A DNA stretch of 64,000 nt, taken from positions 1 through 64,000 of the forward strand of contig WELA01002708.1 of NCBI GenBank assembly GCA_009602735.1, read 5' to 3'. The notes under the pieces were generated by a model. That model saw only the letters and a list, made by a program, of their open reading frames with translations, was not told where the DNA came from and ran no database searches. Numbering within the stretch: position 1 is the stretch's first letter; each line of letters begins with the position of its first letter. The position numbers were made by a program, and so were the translations under genes. The stretch is from Mesotaenium endlicherianum. Taxonomy: Eukaryota. Positions 19,060 through 29,575 of the stretch are shown here, piece after piece.

Positions 19060-21621
19060 ATGGAAGAGAACCATTTACCCGAACAGACGAACGACAACGA
19101 TCGTATCATACAGGTCAATATAGAGGAGCAAATGAAGACCGCTTACATCGACTATTCGATGTCGGTCATTGTAGGAAGGGCCCTTCCCGATGTGCGGGAT
19201 GGCTTCAAACCCGTTCATCGCCGCGTGCTCTACGCCATGAATGAGCTGGGTAACCACAGCAACAAGCCCTATAAAAAATCTGCCCGTATCGTGGGGGAAG
19301 TGATGGGTAAATACCATCCGCACGGAGATGCTTCTATTTACGATACTTTGGTGCGCATGGCGCAGGACTGGACCATGCGTTATACCCTGGTAGACGGTCA
19401 GGGTAACTTCGGTAACCAGGACGGGGACATGCCCGCTGCCATGCGTTATACCGAAGCGAGGCTGCAGCGTGTGGCCGAAGCCATGCTCGATGATATCGAA
19501 AAAGAGACCGTAGATTTTCAACTCAACTTCGACGACTCCCTCTCAGAACCCAGCGTATTACCTACCCGTATACCGCAATTGCTGGTAAACGGTTCATCGG
19601 GTATTGCCGTGGGTATGGCCACGAATATGATGCCCCATAACCTGGGTGAAGTGGTGGATGGTTGCATTGCTTATATCGACAACAAAGCGATACCTGTTGA
19701 GGAATTGTTGAACTATGTAAAAGCCCCCGACTTTCCTACAGGCGGTGTGATCTATGGCATGGAAGGCGTGCGCGAGGGCCTCATAACCGGAAGAGGACGG
19801 GTGGTATTGCGGGGCAAATGCCATGTAGATACCAAGGTCAGCGGGCGGGAACAGATCGTGATTACACAGGTGCCGTATCTCGTTAACAGGGACAAGCTCA
19901 CCGACCGGATCGGGCAGCTCGTGAACGATAAAACCATCGAAGGCATAGCGCATGTGAACAACGAAAGCAACATGCGCGAAGGAACCCGTATTGTGCTTGA
20001 CCTCAAGCGCGATGCCGTGGCACAGGTCATCATCAACCAATTGTATAAATTCACCGAACTGCAAACCAGTTTCGGTATCAATAATGTGGCCATCAGCAAA
20101 GGAAGGCCGCGGGTGATGAACCTGAAAGACCTCATTGCCGAGTTCATCGAATTCAGGATGGACGTAGTGATACGCCGTACCCGCTATGAATTGCGTAAGG
20201 CCGAAGAGCGTGCGCATATTTTACAAGGATACCTCATTGCACTCGATCACCTCGATGAAGTGATCCAACTGATACGCAGTTCATCTACGCCTGAAGCGGC
20301 CAAAGAAAACCTGGTCAATGCAGGATGGGGATTGGATGAAGTGCAGGCCAAAGCCATACTGGAACTGAGGCTGCAAAGGCTCACCGGCATGGAGCGTGAT
20401 AAGATCCGTGAAGAGTTCGATCAGTTGATGATACAGATCACTAACCTGAAAGAACTGTTGGCCAATGAAGGACTGCGTTACGATCTCATCAAAAAAGAAT
20501 TGCAGGAAGTTAAAGATAAATTCGCCGACGAAAGAAAAACAGAAATACAATACCTCGCCGATGAAATGCGGATAGAAGACCTCATTGAAGAAGAAGATGT
20601 GGTCATTACTATCTCGCACTTAGGTTATATCAAACGTACTTCAGCCAGCGAATACCGCCAGCAGCGCCGCGGCGGCAGGGGAGCGGTAGGTTCCAAAACC
20701 CGCGAGGAAGATTTTGTGGAACATTTGTTTGTGGCATCTACCCACGATACCATGATGTTCTTCACCGAAAAAGGGCGTTGTTACTGGCTGCGTGTGTATG
20801 AGATACCGGAAGGAGACAAGCAGAGCAAGGGCAGGGCAATACAGAACCTGATACAGATACCGAACGACGATAAGGTAAAAGCCATCATCGACGTGAAGAA
20901 CCTGGATGACAAAGCATTTGTTGAGAGCCATTATATTGTGCTGTGTACCAAGAAAGGCGTGATCAAGAAAACTTCACTCGAAGATTTCAGCCGCCCGCGC
21001 GCTACCGGCGTCAATGCCATTACCATTGTGGAGGGCGATGAGCTGCTGGAAGCAAAAATGACCAATGGACATTCGGAGATCATGCTGGCCATAAAGAGCG
21101 GAAGGGCCATCCGTTTCCCTGAAGAAAAAGTAAGGGCAACCGGTCGTGGCGCTATTGGTGTGGCAGGTATAGAAGTGGATGATGAAAAAGACGAAGTGAT
21201 CGGAATGATCTGCATCAATAAAGAAGATGTTACCCGCACTATATTGGTGGTAAGTGAGAAAGGTTTCGGTAAGCGTACACAGGTAGATGAATACCGCATC
21301 ACCAACAGGGGAGGAAAAGGAGTGAAGACCATCAATGTTACCGATAAAACGGGCAGCCTGGTAGGTATACTCTACGTAACAGAAAAAGAAGACCTGATCA
21401 TTACTTGTAAATCGGGCATTACCATCCGTACCGGTATTGTAGATATCAGGGAAGCGGGACGTGCCACACAAGGTGTTAAACTGATCCGTATAGATGAAGG
21501 CGATGAAATTGCAGCGATATCTCAAATAGAAGACCAGGAGGAAGAAGTAGAAACACTTGGTAATGAGTTGGCCGGTAATGCTGACGATGAAAATGCCGAA
21601 AATCAGGCACAGCCTTTGTAA
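19060..21621 (+). CDS. gyrA: DNA gyrase subunit A
   Basis: RALPDVRDG, YHPHGD, AAMRYTE, GyrA-box-like QRRGGRG, C-terminal pinwheel repeats. Confidence 0.97.
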   Translation: MEENHLPEQTNDNDRIIQVNIEEQMKTAYIDYSMSVIVGRALPDVRDGFKPVHRRVLYAMNELGNHSNKPYKKSARIVGEVMGKYHPHGDASIYDTLVRMAQDWTMRYTLVDGQGNFGNQDGDMPAAMRYTEARLQRVAEAMLDDIEKETVDFQLNFDDSLSEPSVLPTRIPQLLVNGSSGIAVGMATNMMPHNLGEVVDGCIAYIDNKAIPVEELLNYVKAPDFPTGGVIYGMEGVREGLITGRGRVVLRGKCHVDTKVSGREQIVITQVPYLVNRDKLTDRIGQLVNDKTIEGIAHVNNESNMREGTRIVLDLKRDAVAQVIINQLYKFTELQTSFGINNVAISKGRPRVMNLKDLIAEFIEFRMDVVIRRTRYELRKAEERAHILQGYLIALDHLDEVIQLIRSSSTPEAAKENLVNAGWGLDEVQAKAILELRLQRLTGMERDKIREEFDQLMIQITNLKELLANEGLRYDLIKKELQEVKDKFADERKTEIQYLADEMRIEDLIEEEDVVITISHLGYIKRTSASEYRQQRRGGRGAVGSKTREEDFVEHLFVASTHDTMMFFTEKGRCYWLRVYEIPEGDKQSKGRAIQNLIQIPNDDKVKAIIDVKNLDDKAFVESHYIVLCTKKGVIKKTSLEDFSRPRATGVNAITIVEGDELLEAKMTNGHSEIMLAIKSGRAIRFPEEKVRATGRGAIGVAGIEVDDEKDEVIGMICINKEDVTRTILVVSEKGFGKRTQVDEYRITNRGGKGVKTINVTDKTGSLVGILYVTEKEDLIITCKSGITIRTGIVDIREAGRATQGVKLIRIDEGDEIAAISQIEDQEEEVETLGNELAGNADDENAENQAQPL

Positions 21622-21655
21622 TTAAGAGAAATAAAAAATACAACAAAGCAACACC

Positions 21656-23029
21656 ATGAAAAAACTATTGTTTGTTTCCCTGTTGGCGGCCTCTGTTCAG
21701 CTTGCCACTGCGCAGGACCTCAAGAAAGTAGAGAACAATATGGTACTGAACAGGGTTGAAGACGCCAAAACGGAAATCGATAAAGTGCTGGCCGACCCCA
21801 AAAATGCATCCAAACCGGAAGTGCTGTATTGGAAAGCCAAAATTTATGCATCTCTTTACAAAGATGCCAAACTGAGCGAAAAGTTCCCCAGTATCGACCA
21901 GGATGTGAAAGATGCTATGCAGAAATATATAGCAGCAGATCCTGCGTTTGCAGTAACAAAAAGCAAGGGCGCTGACTTTTTCTTTGATGTATACAGTGCT
22001 TCATTTCAGAAAGGAGTGAAACTTTTCAATGAAAAAAAATGGAATGATGCCGCTAATTATTTCGAAACAGCCATCACTTATATTGATGAGATCATCAAAA
22101 ACAAATGGACCAACAGCAGCATTGCTTTCGACACTACTTCGCTGTTATATGCCGGTTACTCTTTGCAGAATGCCAATAAGCTCGATGGAGCCGCCAAGTA
22201 TTATGGCAAGCTGGCCGATAATAAAGTAAAAGGAGAAGGGTATATAGAAGTGTATCGTTTCTTGGTAATGTACTATACCAATACCAATAACAAAGCAGAG
22301 TTCGATAAATACCTGGCATTGGCCAAAGAAGTATATCCTAAAGAAATGCCTTGGGATGAATTTGAAATGGACTTCATTGACAAGAACTACGACCTGGCAA
22401 AGAAAACAGCCATGTACGATAAAGACGATGCTGCAGGTACCATGACTGAAAAGCAATACCTGCAGTTCGGCGATCTTTTCGTGAATGTGAAGAATAAAGA
22501 GAAGGGACATCTCGACAGCGCACAAATGGCCGTTTATACATTGAAAGCAGCAGATGCGTTCAAGAAAGCATTCGCCAAGAACCCCAGCCAGTCACTGGCA
22601 GCCTTCAACGTAGGAATTATTTATTATACCATCTTTGGTGAGTACGACGACCAGTACAGTGCCAACATCAGGACAATGCGCCAGTTGAACAGCAATAAGC
22701 CTGTTGAAAAAGATCCCAAGAAAAAAGCTGCTGCTGAAGCTGCTTTGAAACAGCAGATGGACCCGCTGAAAAAAGCGAATGCCGACCTGGAAAAACCATT
22801 GTTCGATAACATCGACGCTTCAATAGAATGGTTAACTAAATCGTATAACATTCTGAAAGGCAAGCAAGACAAAACTGCTGTAGAAAAGAGTGTGATCAAC
22901 AAATCGGTAGACTTCTTGGCCAATTTGTACGGTTACAAGCGTGATAAAGTAAGAGGAAAAGATGCGAAAGCTTATGATACTTATGATGCCAAGTACAAAG
23001 AGTTTGATGCATTGCACGGTAAATTCTAA
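21656..23029 (+). CDS. Secreted TPR-like helical protein
   Basis: Signal peptide, TPR-like helices, position downstream of gyrA. Confidence 0.7.
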   Translation: MKKLLFVSLLAASVQLATAQDLKKVENNMVLNRVEDAKTEIDKVLADPKNASKPEVLYWKAKIYASLYKDAKLSEKFPSIDQDVKDAMQKYIAADPAFAVTKSKGADFFFDVYSASFQKGVKLFNEKKWNDAANYFETAITYIDEIIKNKWTNSSIAFDTTSLLYAGYSLQNANKLDGAAKYYGKLADNKVKGEGYIEVYRFLVMYYTNTNNKAEFDKYLALAKEVYPKEMPWDEFEMDFIDKNYDLAKKTAMYDKDDAAGTMTEKQYLQFGDLFVNVKNKEKGHLDSAQMAVYTLKAADAFKKAFAKNPSQSLAAFNVGIIYYTIFGEYDDQYSANIRTMRQLNSNKPVEKDPKKKAAAEAALKQQMDPLKKANADLEKPLFDNIDASIEWLTKSYNILKGKQDKTAVEKSVINKSVDFLANLYGYKRDKVRGKDAKAYDTYDAKYKEFDALHGKF

Positions 23030-23052
23030 TCACCGTTCATAATTGATTGAAA

Positions 23053-23080
23053 TAAAGCCTTCTCTGCGGAGAGGGCTTTA
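23053..23080. terminator. Bidirectional intrinsic terminator
   Basis: Hairpin taaagccttctc-tgcg-gagagggcttta between convergent genes, flanked by A/T tracts. Confidence 0.8.
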
Positions 23081-23455
23081 TTTTTTCTTCTTTTTATAAC
23101 TGAGTTTTACCTGGGCAACGCCTTTGGAAGTCATGTCGAGCTTTTCGGCGGCCTTCGCGCTCAGGTCAATGATCCGTCCCTTAATATACGGGCCACGGTC
23201 GTTGATGCGCACTTTAACGCTTTCGCCGTTAGACAGGTTGGTAACTTTTACCATGGTGCCAAAAGGAAGCGTTTTATGAGCAGCCGTCAGTTGATGCGTG
23301 TTGAATATTTCACCGTTGGCTGTTTTCTTTCCGTTGAATCCATCGTTCACACCATAATAAGAAGCCATACCTGTTTCTGTAATTCTCCTGGAGCAGCCTG
23401 TGAGAACCAGCAGCAGGGGGATGGCTAATCTGATAAAGGACTTTGTTGCTTGCAT
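23078..23455 (-). CDS. rlpA: RlpA-family lytic transglycosylase lipoprotein
   Basis: Lipobox [38 protein letters not shown]. Confidence 0.92.
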   Translation of the reverse strand: MQATKSFIRLAIPLLLVLTGCSRRITETGMASYYGVNDGFNGKKTANGEIFNTHQLTAAHKTLPFGTMVKVTNLSNGESVKVRINDRGPYIKGRIIDLSAKAAEKLDMTSKGVAQVKLSYKKKKK

Positions 23456-23630
23456 ATCCCTATTAACGCGAAAATCGTGCTATTATTTACTTAACATAAT
23501 ATTAATTATAGGAACAAAAGATAGCTTTGTAACTGGTTGATTTTCATGAACGGAAAATCGCCTTATATTGTTGTTGTAAAAATGAATTGGTATTATAATA
23601 GAAAAATCACTTCCATCAACCAATAAGCAT

Positions 23631-24197
23631 ATGAGTAACAATAAAAAGAAATTATCAGCCGCACAAAGTGAAGAACTGCTCAAAATAATAAAAGCCCGAT
23701 TCGAAAAAAACAAGAACCGCCATAAAGGGATTGAATGGGATAATGTACAAACAAAGTTGAATGCACATCCTGATAAACTCTGGTCGCTCAACGAAATGGA
23801 AAGAACCGGCGGAGAGCCTGATGTTGTTGGATATGATAAAAAAACGGGCGAATATATCTTTTATGATTGCGCTGCAGAAAGCCCCAAAGACCGCAGAAGT
23901 TTTTGCTACGACCGTGAAGCGTTGGAAGAAAGGAAAGAAAATAAACCAGAGAACAATGCGATGGATGTAGCCGCTGCCATGGGCGTTGAACTTTTAACCG
24001 AAGCACAATACCGTGAGCTGCAACAATTGGGAAAATTCGATCTGAAAACGTCGAGCTGGGTGCAAACACCCCCTGCCATCAGGAAACTTGGCGGCGCTCT
24101 TTTTTGTGACCGTCGCTATGATCATGTCTTCATGTATCACAATGGCGCTATCTCCTACTACGCTGCCAGGGGATTCCGCGGATCATTAAAAGTTTAA
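23631..24197 (+). CDS. DUF4256-like protein
   Basis: MERTGGEPDV, CYDREAL, TSSW, YHNGA.SYYAARGFRG signature. Confidence 0.8.
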   Translation: MSNNKKKLSAAQSEELLKIIKARFEKNKNRHKGIEWDNVQTKLNAHPDKLWSLNEMERTGGEPDVVGYDKKTGEYIFYDCAAESPKDRRSFCYDREALEERKENKPENNAMDVAAAMGVELLTEAQYRELQQLGKFDLKTSSWVQTPPAIRKLGGALFCDRRYDHVFMYHNGAISYYAARGFRGSLKV

Positions 24198-24208
24198 ATG
24201 TCATCAAC

Positions 24209-24559
24209 ATGCAATTCTTATCACTTCAACCATTTGTTCCTTCTGGCAAAGACTTTGAGAAAGCAAAAGCATTCTTTTCAGCATTGGGGTTTAGCATCAC
24301 CTGGAGCAACACCGATTATGCCGGTTTTGAGAACAACACATGCAAGTTTATCCTGCAGCGATTTGATAATACAACATTTGCTGAAAATTTTATGATAACA
24401 GTAGGTATCAGCAACGCGCAGGAGTTTAGCAACAACATCATTGAAAAAAGATTGCCCGAACAATTTGGTATTCGTATAAGTGAAGTAATGCAGCAGCCTT
24501 ATGGCAAAGAAGTAAACATCATTGACATGGCAGGTGTTTGCTGGCATTTTGTAGAGTAA
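24209..24559 (+). CDS. VOC/glyoxalase-family protein
   Basis: PFVPSGKDFEKAKAFFSALGF ... QPYGKEVNIIDMAGVCWHF. Confidence 0.75.
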   Translation: MQFLSLQPFVPSGKDFEKAKAFFSALGFSITWSNTDYAGFENNTCKFILQRFDNTTFAENFMITVGISNAQEFSNNIIEKRLPEQFGIRISEVMQQPYGKEVNIIDMAGVCWHFVE

Positions 24560-24570
24560 CACCCAATATC

Positions 24571-25131
24571 TTACTTCAATTGATACCGAAGCACGGTAAT
24601 GCCACATTCATAAGGTGTAGTGCTCACCAATGAAAGCTCCTGCCGCATATTGGCCAGGTCAAATATGCGCATCCCTTTGTTGATCATCACAGGGTTGATG
24701 AAAAAATTGAACTCATCAATGTGCCTGCCCTGTATCAAAGCAGAAACAAACCCTGCACCACCATATACTACGATGTCTTTCCCCTCCTGCTTTTTCAGCT
24801 TCATAATTTCGTCGGACAGGTTGCCCTTGGCCAGTGAAGTGTTTTTGCCGATGGGTTTATCGAGGGTTTTGGTAAAGATGACTTTGGGTGTGTTGACCAT
24901 TTTCAATGCAAAAGAATATTCGGGACTGTTGGGTTGTACGGCTTCCCAATAATTAACGAAGCCTTCCGTCATTTTACGGCCCAGCAAAATGGTATCTGAA
25001 CTGTCAGTGAGTTCGGTGATGAAATTGATGAGCTTGCTATCCAGGTTCCAGGTCATCCAGTCCAGCTCGCCATTAGGACCAGCTACATAACCATCAACAG
25101 ACATCTGTACTTGTAATTTCAATTTCCGCAT
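24571..25131 (-). CDS. Dihydrofolate reductase-like (RibD C-terminal) protein
   Basis: MRKL...MSVDGYVAGPNG, LLGRK, VYGGAG, IDEF; start at ATG 25131. Confidence 0.88.
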   Translation of the reverse strand: MRKLKLQVQMSVDGYVAGPNGELDWMTWNLDSKLINFITELTDSSDTILLGRKMTEGFVNYWEAVQPNSPEYSFALKMVNTPKVIFTKTLDKPIGKNTSLAKGNLSDEIMKLKKQEGKDIVVYGGAGFVSALIQGRHIDEFNFFINPVMINKGMRIFDLANMRQELSLVSTTPYECGITVLRYQLK

Positions 25132-25217
25132 GGTAAAATGATATTTTATAATGATGGGAAAATTGCATTGCTCCGCTAAAGTAATGCTTACGCTTACAAA
25201 CAAATAGTGTTTTCCTG

Positions 25218-27833
25218 TTAAAACTTATAGCGGAAACTCAGTGTGGGAATGACAGGAATAAAAGAAACCTGTTTAACAACAGCCTGGTGTGTTCCCGGGT
25301 CAATGGCGCGATAGGCAAAGAACACGTTGTTCTGGGCATACACATTATAAACTGAAAGCGTCCATTCCGCTTCCCTGCTGCCCGTCCTGGTTTCTTTAAC
25401 GAGTTTGTAGCTCAGCGATAAATCGAGCCGGTCATAAGGCGCCAGCCGGTAACTATTTACTTCGAGGGTTTGTGTAGGCACTCCCCCACCGCCACTTCCG
25501 TTGTCGTCGTCATATAATGGGTTGCCTCCAGTGGAGCCTGGTGGGTTGGTAGTCAGTGTTTGAATGGTGAAGGCCCTGCCGCTGGCGGCAAAAAAATTGG
25601 CAGCCGCCCGCCAGTGTTTATTGAAAGTGTAGGCACCTGTAAGATAAAAGCTGTGCCTCCGGTCATATGCAAAAGGAAACTCCCGGCCCAAGTTCAGCGA
25701 ATCGAACTGCTGGTAAGCATACGCCAATGAATAGCCCAACCATCCGGTCAATCGCCCCTTTCTTTTCTTCAGGAAAAATTCCGCTCCATAGCTGCGGCCC
25801 TTTCCAAAAATCAGGTTGCTATCAAGGCTCACATCCACTGTAGGTGAAGTGCCTCCTCTGAATAACAATTGATTCTCCATCGCTTTGTAATAAACTTCAA
25901 CACTGGCCTGAAAACTATTGTTACTGAAGTTGTTAAAGAGACCAAGAGAATACTGTTGTGCCGACTGCGGTTTTACCATGCCACTGCTGCCGATCCATAT
26001 TTCTGCGGGGAAAGAAGCGTTATAACTCTGTACCAGGTGAATGTACTGGTGCATCTGTGTATACGACAATTTGATACTGGTGGCAGGGCTCACAAGGTAA
26101 CGCAACGATACGCGCGGCTCTATATCTGTATATCGAATACTATCGGAATAGAAGACCGGCGCCCGCACGCCCAGGTACAGGTTCAACCGGTTATTGAACC
26201 GTATCTCATCGCTCAGGTAAGCGGCTACACGTGCCGTAAGGTGTTCCGGAATTTCATCGGGTTTGATGTTGTTGATATTACCCGAAGGAGGAATTTTATT
26301 CGAGAATGTTGCCGGAAATAATTGTTGCCGCAAAAAATTAATCCCTCCTTTGATGCGGTGTGCCTGACTGGGATAGTAATAAAAATCAACCTTAGCATTG
26401 ATATCCCTGATGCCCGAATACAATTGGGCAAAATAATCATCCTGCAAAGCGGAAAGCAATTGGTAATAGTTATTGTACATCACCGATGTATTGGCAAACA
26501 ACCGCTTGCTGAACAAATGGTTCCAGCGTAATGCAAACACTTCATTACCAAACTTATTGCCATAAGTGATGGAGGTGGTATCATCCGGCTGATCTTGGAA
26601 AGTATTTCTGTCCTGCCCCTTATAATAACTCAGCAATATCCTGTCACGCTCAGAAAACTGCCAGTTCACTTTGGCGTTCACGTCGTAAAAAGCATAGTTG
26701 CTGTAATAATTACTTTTTACATTAAAAGCCTGTAAGAGATAATCCAGCATGCTTCTCCGGGCTGATACAAGAAAAGATGCTTTTTTCTTTTTGAGTGGAC
26801 CATACAATGTCAGTCCCGATACAATGCTGCCCGCCTGCACCACACCGCCAAAATGCTCGTTACTGCCGTCGTTCATGGCAATATCGAGTACCGAACTCAC
26901 ATGATCTCCATAGGAAGCAGGGAAACCACCTTTGAGCAAAGAAGCTCTTTTTATGACCGCTCCATTAAAAATACTCACCGGCTCAAACAAATGACTGGGA
27001 TTATACAAAGTAGCTTCATCGAGTTGAATTAAATTTTGTCCGGCGTTTCCCCCTCGTACAAAAAATCCCGGCGTTCCTTCCATGCCTGCATGAACCCCCG
27101 GCTGCATCTCCACTGAGCTGATCACATCACCTGTTCCGCTCACAGACGGTGCATTCGTAAGCATATCGGTAGAAATATCTACCAGGCCTAACTGGTTCAG
27201 CCGCAGGTTTTCACTGCTCTTGTCATCTGTCACTACTACATGCGACAACACAGAATCCTGCCGCGCCATCAACCCAATGTTCATCGCAGTATTGCGTGTA
27301 GCATTCAGCTTCCGATCTTCTGTACGGTAGCCCACATAAGATACCTGCATTTCCAAATTGGCATTCCTGGGAACAGTCAGCGCATAGAATCCATAGTTGT
27401 TGGATACGGTACCTGTTTTTTGTGCCGGCAGGTACACGTCCGCACCAATTAAAAGCTCGCCGGTGCTGGCATCTTTTACATAACCGTTGACCACTATTTT
27501 ATCGGCTGCATTATTGTTCTGCAATACGATCTGATTGCCGATGATATTATAAGTGATGTCTGTGCCCTGCAACAATATTTTCAATAAAGCAGTCAGGGAT
27601 ATGGGCCCTGATGTATAACTCACCCGTTTCTTCAGTTCCGGCAGATCGGTATTATATGCAAACCGGTAACCTGTTTGCTTTTCAATCAGGCTGAATACCT
27701 GTTCAATCGGCTGATTATTGATATTGAGTTGGATGGTAGCGGTAGTGATAACAGACTGCGCATAAAGCCTCTTCCCTGTAAACATAATACAGGAACAGCA
27801 CAGCATACATGCAGTGATAAAAAATCGGGGCAT
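25218..27833 (-). CDS. TonB-dependent receptor with N-terminal signalling (STN) and carboxypeptidase-like domains
   Basis: STN-like segment, plug VRGGNAGQNLIQLD, KGGFPASYG, C-terminal YKF. Confidence 0.9.
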   Translation of the reverse strand: MPRFFITACMLCCSCIMFTGKRLYAQSVITTATIQLNINNQPIEQVFSLIEKQTGYRFAYNTDLPELKKRVSYTSGPISLTALLKILLQGTDITYNIIGNQIVLQNNNAADKIVVNGYVKDASTGELLIGADVYLPAQKTGTVSNNYGFYALTVPRNANLEMQVSYVGYRTEDRKLNATRNTAMNIGLMARQDSVLSHVVVTDDKSSENLRLNQLGLVDISTDMLTNAPSVSGTGDVISSVEMQPGVHAGMEGTPGFFVRGGNAGQNLIQLDEATLYNPSHLFEPVSIFNGAVIKRASLLKGGFPASYGDHVSSVLDIAMNDGSNEHFGGVVQAGSIVSGLTLYGPLKKKKASFLVSARRSMLDYLLQAFNVKSNYYSNYAFYDVNAKVNWQFSERDRILLSYYKGQDRNTFQDQPDDTTSITYGNKFGNEVFALRWNHLFSKRLFANTSVMYNNYYQLLSALQDDYFAQLYSGIRDINAKVDFYYYPSQAHRIKGGINFLRQQLFPATFSNKIPPSGNINNIKPDEIPEHLTARVAAYLSDEIRFNNRLNLYLGVRAPVFYSDSIRYTDIEPRVSLRYLVSPATSIKLSYTQMHQYIHLVQSYNASFPAEIWIGSSGMVKPQSAQQYSLGLFNNFSNNSFQASVEVYYKAMENQLLFRGGTSPTVDVSLDSNLIFGKGRSYGAEFFLKKRKGRLTGWLGYSLAYAYQQFDSLNLGREFPFAYDRRHSFYLTGAYTFNKHWRAAANFFAASGRAFTIQTLTTNPPGSTGGNPLYDDDNGSGGGGVPTQTLEVNSYRLAPYDRLDLSLSYKLVKETRTGSREAEWTLSVYNVYAQNNVFFAYRAIDPGTHQAVVKQVSFIPVIPTLSFRYKF

Positions 27834-27834
27834 C

Positions 27835-28851
27835 CTATTTGTTTTCTTTGTCCTTCAGTATAATAATGCCGTTTTTATCGGTATAGTCAAGGTTGAGTGA
27901 TGTACAAATGACCTGCAATGCTTTATCGAACGACAGTCCCTGTAAATCGGCTTTCAGTTTTCTTTCGCCGATGGCAGTGCTGCCCAATTGTATTTTCTTT
28001 CCGTACACTTTCTCTATTTGTTTCACTACATCTGTAAGGACCGTATGATCGAAATACAACAGGTTTTCACGGTTGGTAACACCCTGGTCAGACGACGGCG
28101 CCCATTCTGTAAAATTTTTTTTCACCACATCATAAGCCAGGCTCATGCCGGCCGATAATTCCCTCGTCTCCTGGTTATCCTTTCCCCAAAAAGCTACTTT
28201 ACCGCTGATGACCGCCAGCTTTATCGTATCGGGCGAACGCCGGATATTGAAACTGGTACCGATATCCTTCACACTCGATTCGTCCATGTTTACCAGGAAA
28301 GGTAAATTCGCATTGTGTATTACTTTAAAAAAGGCCTCTCCTTTTATTAGTTGCACCGCCCTTTCGTGCTGGTTATAACGGCCCCCCACCCTCACTTCGG
28401 TATATGGCTGCATGGTAATACTCGATCCGTCTGGCAAAGCGATCTCCCTTTGTGTAGTAGTAGTGGCGTAAACCTGCTCGCTTCTGTCCGGCAAGAGGTA
28501 CCAGACAATACCTGCGGCCATGACGAGTAAAACGGCTGCTATTGCTGTCCACTTCCGTATGAAATGCCCTTTCCCTGAACGCATGATGACTACAGGCGCG
28601 GTTGTCTTCTCCTGTAATTGTTGCATCAGTGAGTCCCAGGCAGTTGCTTCATCGGCAGCCTGGTAAGCAGAAAAATCTGCCAGGCGGACGGCCCAGAGCT
28701 CCCTGGCCCGCTGATAGGTCTCCCGGTTAGCAGTACTTTCAGCAAGCCATTGTTGCAGCCTGGCGTCCTCTTCAGCAGGAAAATCCGGCTGTAAAGAATC
28801 GGCGATCAGGTCCCAGGGGATATTATGTTCAGATAAAGAATCCATTTTCAT
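27835..28851 (-). CDS. FecR-family anti-sigma factor
   Basis: Single transmembrane segment; LPDGS, GEAFFKV, DIGTSFNI. Confidence 0.92.
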   Translation of the reverse strand: MKMDSLSEHNIPWDLIADSLQPDFPAEEDARLQQWLAESTANRETYQRARELWAVRLADFSAYQAADEATAWDSLMQQLQEKTTAPVVIMRSGKGHFIRKWTAIAAVLLVMAAGIVWYLLPDRSEQVYATTTTQREIALPDGSSITMQPYTEVRVGGRYNQHERAVQLIKGEAFFKVIHNANLPFLVNMDESSVKDIGTSFNIRRSPDTIKLAVISGKVAFWGKDNQETRELSAGMSLAYDVVKKNFTEWAPSSDQGVTNRENLLYFDHTVLTDVVKQIEKVYGKKIQLGSTAIGERKLKADLQGLSFDKALQVICTSLNLDYTDKNGIIILKDKENK

Positions 28852-28885
28852 TCAATATGACAATCAAAAACTACCAAGGTCCTGG

Positions 28886-29470
28886 TCAATCCCTGAAAAA
28901 AAATAATTTCAGCAAGACAATGCCAATAACCAGCAGCTCTCCTGTCACTTTATGTAATTGTTTTAAAGCGTATGTAATATGATTTTTTACTGTTTTGATG
29001 GAAATACCCAACTGGTCGGCAATTTCCTGTTGCTTCAGCTGCTCAAAACGACTCAGGCAAAACACCCGCCTGCACTGGTCAGGTAGCTGATCGATGGCTT
29101 TGTACAGGGCCGCCTTGAGCTCGTTTTCTTCCATCTGCCGCAACTCATAGGTGGCATCATGCTGCAAGGAATACTGCAAAGACCGTATTTGCGCCAGGTC
29201 CCTTTTCTGTTTCTGCAACTGGTTGAGGCTCCTGTTGATCACAGCCCGGTAGATATAAGATACCAGCGATTTTTCAATGATGATCTCAGCGCTGTCTTCC
29301 CACAATTTCATGAACACATCATTTACCACTTCCTGCGAAGTATCTGCATCTTTTAAATATTGAAAAGCCATCAAAAAAAAGCGCTTGTAGGCCGACCGGT
29401 AAAATTCCTCAAATGCCCTGATGTCTTTTTGCTGTATGCGTATCCAGATAGCTGATTCTTCAGGGGTCAT
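28886..29470 (-). CDS. ECF RNA polymerase sigma-70 factor
   Basis: DVFMKLW region 2; LPDQCRRVF...EIADQLGISIKTVKNHI region 4. Confidence 0.93.
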   Translation of the reverse strand: MTPEESAIWIRIQQKDIRAFEEFYRSAYKRFFLMAFQYLKDADTSQEVVNDVFMKLWEDSAEIIIEKSLVSYIYRAVINRSLNQLQKQKRDLAQIRSLQYSLQHDATYELRQMEENELKAALYKAIDQLPDQCRRVFCLSRFEQLKQQEIADQLGISIKTVKNHITYALKQLHKVTGELLVIGIVLLKLFFFRD

Positions 29471-29575
29471 GCAGATAAATAAAAGTTAATGGATTAAAGA
29501 TAATTATTTTTTTTTGATTAGGACCATGCGGCCTGTTTGATTGTCTTTTTACTGACAATCATTCAACGGATAAAT

